From Fistulifera solaris (taxonomy: Eukaryota), in the NCBI GenBank assembly GCA_030295235.1, contig AP026141.1, positions 186,001-250,000 of the forward strand: a stretch of 64,000 nt of DNA. Direction: 5' to 3'. The notes beneath the pieces are model-generated. The model was not told the DNA's origin. It saw only the letters and a list, made by a program, of their open reading frames with translations, and ran no database searches. The position numbers and the translations under genes were made by a program. This document shows positions 1 to 14,208 of this stretch, piece after piece (position 1 is the first letter of the stretch; every line of letters begins with the position of its first letter).

Positions 1-302
1 GTCAACAACGTAACTCCAATGGCCGCCACCGAGAAGCCGTAGGCAACACCAATTCCGTACAGTTTCTTGATCTGCGTCAAGGGAACGCAAACGGCACTGG
101 CAATACACGTCAATGAGAGAACGCCATAAGGACCTGGTTGCAAATTTTCCATGACCATGGAACTGATCTCGGCCGGAGACATCAAATAGAGTGACGATGT
201 ACCCCCGCGGACGTGCAACGCAGCTGTGTTGGGTGCTTTACTGACAAAAGCATTCCCCAATGGAGCGCAAAGTAGTAGCAGCAGTAGCTTCGTGGCATGC
301 AT
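1..302 (-). CDS. 5' part of a signal-peptide-bearing membrane protein, possibly DUF1295/steroid-reductase-like (runs off window start)
   Basis: Manual translation from ATG at 302: MHATKLLLLLLCAPLGNAFVSKAPNTAALHVRGG...KLYGIGVAYGFSVAAIGVTLL. Open to base 1, with a signal peptide and hydrophobic segments. Family call rests on the YG.GVAYGFSVAAIG-like segment. Confidence 0.6.
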   Translation of the reverse strand, partial: MHATKLLLLLLCAPLGNAFVSKAPNTAALHVRGGTSSLYLMSPAEISSMVMENLQPGPYGVLSLTCIASAVCVPLTQIKKLYGIGVAYGFSVAAIGVTLL

Positions 303-631
303 GTTATCGTTTTGAGGTCCTCTCTGGTTTTTATGGCTCGATAAATGTGATGTTCGACGACGTTTTCGCGATGTTGATGTTCAACGAACTACTTCGAAGA
401 AACGCGATGTCGGGGTTCTCATTCACCGCGTCGTTGCGGTTTTGCGATAAAACCCCTCATTGCTGCAATCTGCAATGGAGAAAGCCAATATTTTAGTATT
501 GTTTAGAATTCACGTTAACCAAATAGCACTCTCTAGTAGATCATTATCTGACAAGTTCATGAATTGCATTTCACAAACACATCAAGCCATCAGAAATCAA
601 CCATCCGAGACTGGGTTGCATTTCCGCCTCC

Positions 632-3451
632 TTACTTGATCAACCAAGGATGTTGTAGCACTAGCTGAATACTGGGACGCATATCTGGATTGGGGTTTAG
701 CATATATACAATCAAGTCACGCGATTCGCGGCTCGACTTGGAGGGGAAGAACCAGTGCGGCCCCAGAAAGTTCTTTTCCTCGGCATCCGTAATGTTGGGA
801 TTCAAGGCACCCATCAAAGTACTGCGGCGGCTACGGCCGGAGGACTTTTGAGTTTCTTCATACCATTTGTGATAAGATTGGAACCGAGGGCATCGCAACA
901 AGTCCTCACCGAAAGGGAGAGATCGAAATAGCATGGCGTACAATATCACCCCGGCACTCCATACGTCGGCCTTAGTGCCGTCGTAACCCTTTATTACTTC
1001 TCGTTTCTCTCGTTTATTTTCGCTCTGCAAAATGATTTCGGGTGCGACATAATGTGGAGATCCTACAATTGAGGTCATGCGTCGCAAGGGAGAAGGTCCT
1101 CCCCGTCCGCACCATCTATTCGCGGTCTGCACATGATGTCCTCCACAGAACCACAGGTCAAAAATGACAAAGCATTTCCGCCCGCCACGAGGAATCGATC
1201 CATCTGCACTTTAATCGGCGACGGGCTTGGCGGGACGCCCTCTCTTTCTCGATCGCGTAATCTCGCGGAGTCTGGCGTGTTTAAAACAGAATTTGGTGGG
1301 CCGCCGACAAGCGATTCGACGACGGTATCATTATCGTTTGGGGCACTGGTTCCAAATTCAGCAGAAAGACCAAAATCGGCAATTTTCAAAACGCAGTCTC
1401 CATTTGGGCTGTTGTGAACAAGGAGGTTCTCCGGTTTCAAGTCACGGTGCGCAATGCCGTTACAGTGACAATAATGTATTCCACTCGCCAGCTCTAAGAA
1501 AAACTTCCTCATCACCGTCTCGGACTCTGTGAATCCTTCGGGTATCCGATCTGACTGAGAGATTTTCGCTGAGTTACTGCTAATCAGATCAAAGAGTTCT
1601 CCGCCACGAACTAACTCGAGAATGAGGAACATCGTTGACTTGTTCTCTTGAATCAGTTCGAGAACTTCGAACAAATGAACGACATTTCTGTGGCGTCCAA
1701 TCATCATCATGTTACGGATCTCCTTCGTTGCTGCTCGCCGTTGTCTTAACCATTTCAAATATTTAGACGGAACAGCAGGGATTGCGATGTATGCTTTGAG
1801 CTCCTCGCAAAAGACACTTTGTCTTTCTGTATACGCGGCTCTGTAAATTCCACTAGTAAATAACTCAAAATGTTAGTGATTTCTCGGCAACACGAATTGT
1901 TAGGGGGACCAACGATGACTCACGTTCGTTTCGCATTCATTGGCGTAGGATCCGAAATACTTATTTCTTCGAGACTGTCCATCTGAAAATCACGCGGTTC
2001 CTCTTGCGGTGTTATTCCTTGATTTACACGATCGATGGCTTCCATAATCTCTTGGAATTCTGCGTCACTTGCCCCAAATGGAACATGCCCCCAAATTTCA
2101 ATGCATCGAGTAAGAGGGAGCTCTTTGAGTTCCCCAGAGGTAAGATCTTTGTATGCAGCCATTAAGCTTATACGCAATCCTTTTCCGGACTTCCTCGATC
2201 TACTTGCACCGACGCATTGTCATTGGTGGAGGAAGCATAACGCTGAAGTGTCCGAAGATTTCGTGAATTCGGATTCACAAGCCACCAAACATGGCGTTCT
2301 TCCATAGGGCGCTGTCCGTGGGCGACAGCTGGTTCGAGTGGTTTTCCGGGCCTTGCCACTACGGCCGTTTGTGTCACCGAGACGGGTAACGTTCGAAATC
2401 CAACCGGGTTCAAAATTTTTATTGCTACAGGTTCTTGAACTAAGCTTGTTGCGTAAGCAGCATCCGAGTTTAAGTGATGTGGTTGAGCTTCGTTCCCGAG
2501 AGACGACATAGCTTTAGCGAAGTGCTTGGACCGAGATGGGGCGTCCACACTATCGATTATCACTGTCAAGTTCTTATCTGTCTCTGATTGTGTTGTTTCT
2601 AATGCGATTTCTTCGTAGACTCCAGACTGCAAAAGCGAAGAACCTTGATCATTATTCACAAGCCCTGTGGCTGAAGACATTGACAACGCACTAGTGTCTC
2701 GGGCATCGATCTGCACCGTAGTATCTTGAACCGCATGTCCTGCGCTAGCTGGCATACAAAGAAACGACGATACAGTATCATTGTCGGTAGTAGACTGGTC
2801 GACGTAGCTGTTGTTGCTGCTTCCATGGGGATTGTATGGTCCTGTTCGAACAGGATATTCGCTAATTGGTTGCAGACGATGGCCTTCATACACGACACCG
2901 GCTACACCTCCACCCAAATAATTCCCCAGTTCGTAAGCCGGCTTGCCTTCAACAGTTAACACCTGCCCATCGTAGGAATCGACTCGGCGACAAAAGCCAT
3001 CGCGTTCTTTGAACGCTTGTTTTTGTTGTATTATGCTATTCTGCTCTTGTTCTTCAATATTGTCTTGCCATTGAAATAAATCAACCTTCCTATCCGTATT
3101 CTGACCCATCGAGTGTATTGTTACTTCGGGAGATTTAGGTGATTGTGAATTAGAATCAACTGCCGAGCTATTCACTCTCATCGAAGGCGTCTCGTCTAAA
3201 TTGTCGTCTCGTTGTTGATCTTGCTGCTTCTTGCTCTTACCGCCGCGAAAAGAAAACATATTACGCTTCGATTTTTTATTCGCAGCTCTTTGACCGGATA
3301 ATGACTTCATCAGCGATAGGCCTTCGCCTGAACTTTTTCGACGAAACAACTTAAACCCATTCCCTCCCTGTAGATTCGAAGTGCTGCTGTACTGACTGCC
3401 ACTACTCTTTGTGGACGCTGGGGTTGTTCGTCTCTGTATTTCTGCGGCCAT
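632..3451 (-). CDS. Ser/Thr protein kinase (CAMK/SnRK-like) with large insertions; one intron, two apparent frameshifts
   Basis: Motifs in order: LGGGVAGVVYEG, VAIK, KEIRNM, ELVRGGELF, HRDLKPEN, IADFG, GSPHYVAPE, DVWSAGVILY. Intron 1853-1923 (GTGAGT...TAG) joins KRT|GIYRAA in frame. Frameshifts near 2180 and 1100. Confidence 0.9.
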
Positions 3452-4380
3452 TTCGCTCTTTTGCTTTTGTTGCTGTACAACAACGAAAAGGATCTATCAG
3501 ACGAACGTAGTTGATTGCTCAGACTCTAGAAAGAAGGCAATGGCAACTCACTTTCCTCCGTTTTCCTCCTTTTCCAAGCGTCAAACGAGCAAACCACGGT
3601 GCCGGCTTTCGACTTCCGCCTACATTTTCAACGATATTCGAATCGCCCGGACGTTTTCCAATTAATGGTTAGATTTGTTGAATTTGCCGTTGGAAAAATT
3701 GATACTCACTGAATCTTTAACGAGAAACTCAATCATAGCGGCGAAATTTTCTTCAAAATCCTTTATCACGTTTTATATATAAATACAGGTCTCCGTTGTG
3801 CTTACAATTGCTTGTCCGTTCGCACGTTTGGGCCTTTTGCGCGGTGCGTGGTGCACCTACGCGCGCGAACGTCCACAGTCACTTCGTTTGATTTCCGCTC
3901 CAGCAGCTTACTGGTACACTTCCTACGTGGAGCCTCCCGTGGCCGTATGCGACAGCGACCAGCACACCTCAATGGCCAAAAGAGCAAGTGGTGAGTGGAA
4001 TTCATCGTATTTTATCATCTCAGCGCAATCGTCGGCTGGATCATTCGTCGGTATTCTTTGGCGAATATATTTGAATTGTTTTTTGTGGTATGTTTTTTGG
4101 CGAGAGGCAACTGACAAGGCTCGACTTTTGCGTTTTGCTGGCGATCAACAACACGCTTCATCATGGTCATTTCACACCGCTGCCGTCTGTCGTGCGTTGC
4201 GTTTTCGCTCTAGGTTTGACATTTCGAATTCCTTCCCGTCGTACATTGTAGTACGGTCGGAGGGAATTTACTCAATCGAGGCAATGCTGCATTTCTTCAA
4301 CACCATGCTCAAGCACCTCACACGATCGATCGTTCCTTCATTGTCTTATTTGCAGTCTTTTTCACATCAAACTATATACA

Positions 4381-5178
<798 letters not shown>

Positions 5179-5929
5179 CAAAAGGAAACCTATGGATGGT
5201 TTTTGCACTTCACTATTAGTACAACTTCTAGCGTTCTTTTACAACACTATGAAATCTACCTTTTATTCGATGTTCAATTGTTGTTTGTAATCCAAGCGGT
5301 CCCCACCGCAGCACGGATTTAGAATAATCTACAACGTTGGCATTTAGTAGATTAATTGCGAAAGAGGAAACACAACAGCTACAATCAGCTCTGAATCTAT
5401 TCTGCGTGATCCGTTACCGTAATACGTGAAAGGTTATTCGAATTTATAGACGATAAATAATGACTTTTAGAGCTGAGAGAGGGCGACTATAACACATCAT
5501 ACATCATACATCATGATTCAGGACTCGTGACCGAAATCCATTCTTGGCGAAAGGTAATATACACTCTGGGGGTATACTGGAAAAGAAACTAACGAATGGG
5601 GAGAGATGTGCATTGGATTGCAAATGCAGTTATGAACAAATGCAACAATACAACAACAAATTTGTAGCGAATGCAGTAAACTGAGCTTCGAAGACGAAGA
5701 TTGATGACCTGAAGCCTGAAGTAGCCTATATTGCCGAGCTTGGCGCTTTGTGACCATCCTAGAGTTATGACGTCATCAGCTCAGGTTTGGATTTCAGATT
5801 TTTGGTCGTCGAATAAATAAGAGTTGTTGTTGTTGTCAAACTGTTTTAGACTTATTTCTCGCGTTTGCTTTTCATCATAATCACACTGAATAGCATCTTG
5901 CACTGTAGTTCTTCTGATAGAAAAGCACG

Positions 5930-7132
5930 ATGATTGCACGGTTTCGACACCTCATCATTTCTTTTTCTGTGGTGCTCATTTTTCGTCCGACTGGAGCCTT
6001 TGCGCCATATTCTGTGAAGACTAGACGTGTCACAACTGATCTTTACAACGATAGAGTCGGCATCATCGGGACTGGTGCTGTTGCGTTGGGTACTGCCGCG
6101 TTTTTGAATAATAACGCCATGCTGTGGTCACCTTCCGGTCGACCCCTTTCTACCGAATTTTTCGTTACGGGCGCCCTCGAAGACTCATCCTTCACCTGCC
6201 GGATCGCAACTTCGGCCCGAGAATTGGTGGAAGAAAACGACATTATTCTTCTGGCACTACCAGCCAACGGACACAAACGAGTGTTTGATTCCATCGCTCC
6301 CTATCTACAAGAAAATCGGCATCATGTCATCATATCGTCGCATTCTTCTTTAGGGGCCCTGTACCTTTCCTCCTTGTGTCAGGACGAATACAACAAACGA
6401 ATACCGATTACTGCCTGGGGAACGACCCTTGTAACGGCACGAAGAACGGAGACCCAAACGGTTCGAGTGAATACCATTCGGCAAGCGGTGGATTGTTGCA
6501 CGATACCTGTTAGTTACGATGCGACCGGAATTCACCGTACATTGTTCCCCAACATTCACTTTGAACGACGACCCGGCCTTCTGGCTATTTCCTTATCCAA
6601 TTTGAATCCACAAAATCACTTAGGTATTGCCTTGGGCAACATGAGTCGTATGGATAAGAACGAAGTGTGGTATCAAAGTCAGAATATTACTCCGCGCATT
6701 GGAAAATTGTTGGAAGATCTGGATCAAGAACGCTTGGCCATTGCGGATGCCTTGGGTGTGAATGTAAAAACGATCTTTGAGCATTTTTCCTGGAGCTTCC
6801 ATGTGCCCATGACCAGCAGCATCGCCGACATGAATCAAGCCATTCATGAAGCCGGGAATGACGTCTATGGTCCAAATACTGCCGACACTCGATACGTTAC
6901 CGAAGACGTCCCCTTTGGATTGCCATTGATCATTCTTCTGGGTGAAATGGTCAATCGACCGGCTGTCTTGCATCGTGCTGGTCTAGAAATCATGTCGTCC
7001 ATGTATGGACGAAATTTTTGGGCTGAGAACGATCTACTCGCTGCGTTAAAGTTGGAGCAATACACATTAGACGAATTACAGGTTGCAGGTCGAAGTGGCG
7101 TGCTACCGTCCGTCAAAGTTGCGTCGGTGTAG
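5930..7132 (+). CDS. Opine (octopine/nopaline-type) NAD(P) dehydrogenase with a predicted bipartite plastid presequence
   Basis: Rossmann motif IIGTGAVALG, NLNPQNH, LDQERLAIADALG and the RYVTEDVPFGL signature. N-terminal hydrophobic signal followed by TGA-FAP. Intronless. Confidence 0.85.
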   Translation: MIARFRHLIISFSVVLIFRPTGAFAPYSVKTRRVTTDLYNDRVGIIGTGAVALGTAAFLNNNAMLWSPSGRPLSTEFFVTGALEDSSFTCRIATSARELVEENDIILLALPANGHKRVFDSIAPYLQENRHHVIISSHSSLGALYLSSLCQDEYNKRIPITAWGTTLVTARRTETQTVRVNTIRQAVDCCTIPVSYDATGIHRTLFPNIHFERRPGLLAISLSNLNPQNHLGIALGNMSRMDKNEVWYQSQNITPRIGKLLEDLDQERLAIADALGVNVKTIFEHFSWSFHVPMTSSIADMNQAIHEAGNDVYGPNTADTRYVTEDVPFGLPLIILLGEMVNRPAVLHRAGLEIMSSMYGRNFWAENDLLAALKLEQYTLDELQVAGRSGVLPSVKVASV

Positions 7133-7454
7133 CTAGTTGAAGCGATTGCCGTTGTTATAATACACGCGCTGAAGAACTCTCAGCTTAATTTGAAGCAGAG
7201 TCGACATCTCCCAAAGATTTGACCCACCAGTTTCGATATACGAAAGAGTCACACGAGGCAAGAATCGACCGCTCACAGATGAAACTTTTTCGAGGCGATC
7301 CAACAATTTTGATCCAAGGAAATGGCCCACGAGGCAAGACGTAATGCTCACTGACGATTGAAGCGTTGCAGCAAGGCGTCTACAGATAAATGCATTCAAC
7401 ATTTAAAGCGTCCGATTGTTTTCTACTAAATTAATCGAAATATAATAACCATTT

Positions 7455-8422
<968 letters not shown>

Positions 8423-9371
8423 GGTGAATGTCTAATGAATGTTATTCGTCTTGTTTTGTTGATCGAAGAGGAAGGAGTTTGCATTTAAGGTCAATGCAAT
8501 CTGCATAAATAATAACAATGTCACTCCGATCCCAAAGTGATGACCGAACGGACGCCTTTTTTTGTGCCCCCGTTCGCGATCGTCTTGGGGGCGTCGGTCA
8601 ATTTTTGTTACATAAAAAATCGTGTCGTATCGGTTTCAGATGGAGGGAGACACGTTGGAGGAAACAATCTGACAGAAACTACTTCCAACGGAGATTAAAT
8701 CGTATGTGTTTCTACGTTCATGAAGAATGCTTTTCCGCATGTCGTATCGCCGGCAGCCGTTAACAAGACCGTTACCTACGGTACTGAAGAATACACCCAA
8801 ACATCCACAACAACACCATCGCTCTTTCCACAACAACAAGAAGCGAGGCTCAAGAGAAAAAGGTGAGGAGACCATGGCGACTGTTGTATGCGTTTTTATT
8901 TCGCCGAAACGAGAATGGAGATAAGCTTAGATTTTGGAGCTTGGAGAGCCGGCGGATGGCTGCCTTGGATTGTTACTCTTTTCGAAACACACTGCTTGCT
9001 CCTTCATGTCGATGAATTGTTTGTTTTTCTCCAGTTTTAAAAAAGAAGACATTCTTTGTGTTTAAAGAGAGGAGATGCTTGTATGATTGAGATGATTCAT
9101 GATGATTCTTTGAAATTCGGTGCGCGCACAAGAGGCCTTTTTACAATTTCTTAGGACAAATCAGTTGAAAGACGTTGTGCGATGCGTTGAGTTTTTGTTT
9201 GTCGCAGATCTCTTTCCACCCTGTTTTGTCTTGATGCCGAATTCGCATTCGTATGCCATTCCACGATCGATTGCTGGTCTCTTTGTGACGAAAAGAATAA
9301 GATTGTCGACTTGCTTTCTTACAAATTATTCATTACCTCGATTATTCAACAAAACAATCAGACACTACACC

Positions 9372-9947
9372 ATGAGTGAAGAAAGCAAGACACCCGATGG
9401 CGACTATGTCATGATGGGCGCGAATACCATCGTTCCGGGCCGTGGCAATGGAATGCCCATTGAGTTGGACGATCCATCCTTGACGCAAGAAGAAAAAGAT
9501 CACCGATTGGCGGTGGCCTTACAGAAACAAGAAAACACGGCCGCGTATCAAGAACACAAGAAAAAGCACGATGCGTACGTACAGTCGCAAAACTTTCGTA
9601 CCCTCCGATCCGGTACATTTACCAAACTAGCGGCGGTTCGTGACAAAGATCACGGTATGTTGAGCGTTCCGGCGGCGTACTCGACGGAAGATGCCTACAA
9701 GCGAGCAAGTGACGACGGTATGACGAAGGCCGATGGATATGTGGCACCGGCTCCGGGCGCGCGCCCTCAAGAGATTGCGGACTTTAAACTAGCAGCCGAA
9801 ATGCAAAAGGTGGAACAAATTGATGCAGGGACGGTCCGAACGATGGAAAAGATTGTGAAAGAAGAAGTGGAAGAAGATTTGGCTCAAGCGCACCGTACCG
9901 AACGAAGCAACTTTCATATTAATCAGAAAGGTTTGTTCCACAAGTAA
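9372..9947 (+). CDS. Hypothetical 191-aa protein with two D-x-x-LA-x-x-(L/M)Q helical motifs
   Basis: Likely start MSEESKTP, preceded by ...caatcag|acactacacc (possible 5'UTR intron acceptor). Coding-like composition. Motifs DHRLAVALQKQE and DFKLAAEMQKVE. Confidence 0.7.
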   Translation: MSEESKTPDGDYVMMGANTIVPGRGNGMPIELDDPSLTQEEKDHRLAVALQKQENTAAYQEHKKKHDAYVQSQNFRTLRSGTFTKLAAVRDKDHGMLSVPAAYSTEDAYKRASDDGMTKADGYVAPAPGARPQEIADFKLAAEMQKVEQIDAGTVRTMEKIVKEEVEEDLAQAHRTERSNFHINQKGLFHK

Positions 9948-10049
9948 GAATGGGAAACGATTCCTTTTTCAATGTTTGCGAGTACCATTAATCCGTAAAA
10001 TGATAACCCCTTATTGAGCTTTGCTCCCAAAAAGTCCTCTTGTCAAAAC

Positions 10050-11324
10050 TTATATACTCGCAAACAATGTTCTCCTCGTCATCAACATTGCTTCCGGTAA
10101 TTGCTCCTTCACTTTGGCCAGCTGTTTACTCGGGATCTCCTCCATTACTTTGGGCACCGTATCCTGGTATATTGTGTAGTTATCTTTCTCCACTTCAACT
10201 AGACGATCATAGACAACTGGCCGAATAGCTTTCGTTTCGCGCAGAACGTAATCCACTACTCCTTCATTGTTTGGTTCAACCGAGTCACAAAATTCTTGAC
10301 ACGCCAGCAGTTTGTCATGACACGCTCGTAGACGAGCGATTTCCTTCCCCCACGCTCCCGACAGGCGATGAACCACCGCTTGGTGGTATTCCGCCTTGGC
10401 ACCGTGAATCATGGCTTGTGCCTTGCAAAGGGTGCCCATTCCGAATTACAAACGGCAGATAATTCCGAAGCCAAACGCGGGTCCTGTGTATCTTTCAGTG
10501 CCGTATTGTATATAAGGTGCGCCGCTTGCGCCAATCCGGATAAATTCTTGTGTTTGGCCGCATCATCCTCTCCCGTCAGTGACATGATCCGATAAATGTT
10601 TGATTGTGCGGCCGCCAGGAAGAAAGATTCCCAGAAACTCAACAATGGGTTGCTGAAATCGATCGTGTTGAAATCTAATGGTGAAAGCACGACGATTTTC
10701 CGTTGAAGAGTGAGCCATACGATCCAGCATTGATGAGGGAAATGAAGACAATTCAAACGTACCTTCCGGTGCCACCAGCTGCTTTAAAATAGAAATGATA
10801 GTCGCGGCCGTTTGATAGTAACTCACGGCTTGTTTGCAATCGTCACGGTTGGTTGGTTTACATTCCGTAGCAGCTTTGTAACTATACAGAGCCGCAATAT
10901 TGAACAGGACCGCCGACCGTTCCCACGGAAAATGAGCGTGCGTTTCCTTTTCTTTGTCCGACCAAGCTGCTTTCCAAGTCAGTTGTATACCCGTCATCGC
11001 ATCATCAATGGCGGGGAAACCGCGTTTTTCAAACTCCAGCAGCACTGCATGATATTCTTGCAGGTCGTCCCAAACACTCGAGTTGTGGAGCGCCGCCGCA
11101 TGCGAGTCCGGCCGTGTCAAGATATCGGAAATACTGTTTCGCAGCGACTGGAGTCGTAAAAGTTCGTCGCGACACGCTACGGAGCAGAAATCCGGTTTGG
11201 GTAGAATGAATTGCAAAGGATTTTTGAGGTTATCAAAGGATATGTGATGATCACTGTCGAGCCATTGGGCCAACGCCGTCATTATATCGTATCGAAGAGC
11301 CGGCTTCAGCGGCAAAACTAACAT
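10050..11324 (-). CDS. BRO1-domain protein (ESCRT-associated); intron 10675-10762, apparent frameshift near 10428
   Basis: MLVLPLKP start, LTWKAAW, WERSAVLFNIAALYS, YYQTAA, LAAAQ, AEYHQA...WGKEIARL, EKDNYTIYQDTVP, all typical of BRO1 domains. Confidence 0.88.
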
Positions 11325-11837
11325 GGCTTTTTCGAACGAAAGAAAGGATAAAGATTGCAAGAGAAGAAGATCTAGAGTCGCAAGAATGAATGAAACAAAT
11401 GTAGAGGAAAGCAGAAGAGTGCGTCGTTAGTCGTTAAAGGAAAACAAAACAGTTCAGATTTTCCGTCTGCCTCAAAATAAGAACAACCATATCGACTATA
11501 GTCGAGAGTGTATCCTACATTATCCACGATTGCTTTTCAGTCACGAAGCGAATTTTTTTCGAGCGAAAAATGTTACCTACAGTTCGTTCGTTCAGCAACA
11601 TATCTTTAATTCCGTTTGTCATTGTTGCAGTGAAATACTCTTTAGCAGCGATTGCTTTACACGCCATTACATATTACGTCGAAAAAAGCCTGCGGATCGT
11701 TGTCTTCCATATTTTTACTATGGCCCAAAGTGTTGGTTCTAAAGACCACGGCTGCATTTCAGTCTCGAGTCCTAACTATTCGAATAGTATTCTGTATAAT
11801 TATGTTTCGATTATTCCATAAAAAAGTAACGCATTCA

Positions 11838-13067
11838 TTAACAGCGCAATTCTACGAAGGAAGGAGCCCGACCAAGTCCGTTGGCTTGTCGTTCGGGGCA
11901 AACTTCAATCGTATTCTTGATGTAAGCTTGGTTGTACCATTCTACCGTCCTTCGGATGCCGTCTCCAAAAGATACTTGGCTTTTGTAGCCAAGCAGACGA
12001 TGGGCTTTCTCACAAGAAGCGCACGTGTAGGGAACATCACCAGGTTGATCGGGCATTTGCTTGATCAATGCTTTGTTGCCGGTTTCCTTTTGCACAATAT
12101 CAATGAACTCATTCAATGATGTTCCACTGCCTTTGCCCAAATTGAAGATTTGATAGGGATAAGGCCGATCAATGGCCCGTACGACACCATCCACAATGTC
12201 GGAGATGTAGGTGTAATCCCGACTGCTGGAACCATCGCCAAACTTTTGAATCTCCAGTCCGCGACTGATGCGGTCAATGAACTTGAACGGGGCCATGTCA
12301 GGTCGTCCGCGTGGCCCATATACGGTGAAAAATCGCAGACCCGATACATTCAGGTTGTACAGATGGTGGTAGGTGTAAGCGAACAATTCGCAAGCCTTCT
12401 TGCTGGCCGCGTAGGGGCTCACTGGATTGTCGACGACTTCGTCCTCGGAGAAATAGGTCGACTTGGAACCGCCGTACACGGAAGAAGAACTGGCAAATAC
12501 AAAGTTCTTGACACCGAACTTGGCGGAGAGTTCCAAAAGCAGAGTGGTGCCTTTGATATTGCTGTGAATGTAGACGTAGGGGTCTTGAATGGACGGTCGG
12601 ACGCCCGCTCGGGCGGCAAGATGGCAAACCCAATGAGGTGACTCGACTTCAAAGATCTCTTGCATCAGGTTTTCATCGCAGATATCGCCTTCGTATATCT
12701 TTAATCTCGTTTCATCTGGATAAGCCTCGCGCAAGAGGGCCAAATTCGCCCGTTTCAAGGACAGGTCGTAGTAATCGTTCATTTCGTCCACAATTACGAC
12801 ATCATCACCGCGCGCCAACAAGAATTCGGCCACGTGACTGCCGATGAAACCGGCACCGCCCGTCACCAACACTTTCTTGTAGCCGATGTGCGGAGGAACT
12901 ACCGTATACTCTTCGTGTGTGCCGAGTGAACCTATCTCGGAGGAGGATTGATCCGATCCGTCGGTGAAACTCATTCCAGGTCGACTGCTGTAGCTTTCGT
13001 CATCTTCGCTGCTGTTGAGATGAAGCATGGAAGGAATACTGATATCGGGAGTGATTTGGCTGTTCAT
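11838..13067 (-). CDS. UDP-glucuronate 4-epimerase-like SDR (GAE/CapI family)
   Basis: VLVTGGAGFIGSH, HLAARAGVRPS, ASSSSVYG, SPYAASKKA (YxxxK), LRFFTVYGPRGRPDMA, RDYTYISDIVDG, QPGDV. Confidence 0.9.
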   Translation of the reverse strand: MNSQITPDISIPSMLHLNSSEDDESYSSRPGMSFTDGSDQSSSEIGSLGTHEEYTVVPPHIGYKKVLVTGGAGFIGSHVAEFLLARGDDVVIVDEMNDYYDLSLKRANLALLREAYPDETRLKIYEGDICDENLMQEIFEVESPHWVCHLAARAGVRPSIQDPYVYIHSNIKGTTLLLELSAKFGVKNFVFASSSSVYGGSKSTYFSEDEVVDNPVSPYAASKKACELFAYTYHHLYNLNVSGLRFFTVYGPRGRPDMAPFKFIDRISRGLEIQKFGDGSSSRDYTYISDIVDGVVRAIDRPYPYQIFNLGKGSGTSLNEFIDIVQKETGNKALIKQMPDQPGDVPYTCASCEKAHRLLGYKSQVSFGDGIRRTVEWYNQAYIKNTIEVCPERQANGLGRAPSFVELRC

Positions 13068-14208
13068 GTTGAGTGTTCTTGTGAGATGGTTTTGGATGGC
13101 GCAGAAAAAAATGAAAGGAGAGGAATGAAACGCCGCCTTCTTTTACGCGGAAACCTTTTTGTGATGTGGAATTTTTGTGCGACCACGTTTTTCATTCCAG
13201 TTTCCGTCGCTTCCAACTTGTTCCAGCTGGTTTTTACATATTGATTGATGATGGAGTACCGCTACGATCAAATGAAGCCGATTGGCGTGCGTGTGAGATG
13301 CGCTGTTCGGTGAAACGTGGTCATTTGACTCGGTCATTCTCAGTCCTGCTTTACGTCATCGTTCTTTCGACTGGCTCACTCGTGACAGTTCTGCAATACC
13401 GGTTAGTACAGTTCCAGACCATAGCTAAAAATTCTGGCTATCTTTTGTATTGTACAATTCGGAGAACACCGGATTTTATTCCAGCGCGATGTGCATGAAT
13501 CTAAACGCGATGTGCGTCACGATTGAAAGACGTGGACGAAAAATTATTGTGTGGCGCACGCGCAAGCAAGACGCACGAATGACGCATATCCGCTGACTGA
13601 CCCGTGACTCGTCGTAACGAAATAACGAGACCGTCACCGAAAAAAATGGCTAGCCTAGGAATAGTCGCTACCCGTGTCATTTCGCTTTTTTCAAGGACCC
13701 AATGATACCAGCATTAACTATTATGAAGAGAAACAGAAATATCATAGGCTGATATTTAAAGTTGAAAATTACCCTTGATCAATTATAAAATTGCGTCGCA
13801 ATTTCGTAGATAATTCATGGGCAAATTACTATATATCCAAATTGTAGACGACTTTTTCACGACTGCATTATTTCAGTCATGAATCAGTTTAATCTTTTTT
13901 ATAATAAAAAAAATATGTTAGATCTGAAAAATCTTTTTCTTCATAAATTGCTACTACATAGAGCTAAATTTGCAATGCATCTTTCAATTCATTGATATCG
14001 GACCTCCTTGCCATGAAGAATGTCCTCCCGTTGCAATATGTTATCCGTATTTCTCCACGACTGCGTTTCAGTGGTGAATCAGGATACCCTCATCCTTATC
14101 GCGGCCGCCACAATCGTCAGAGCCCCCATTTCCCATTATTTATTTATTGCGTTTCTCAACAACAACAAAAATAGCAAGATCGGCTTTTCACACAAACCAC
14201 CAGCCAAT

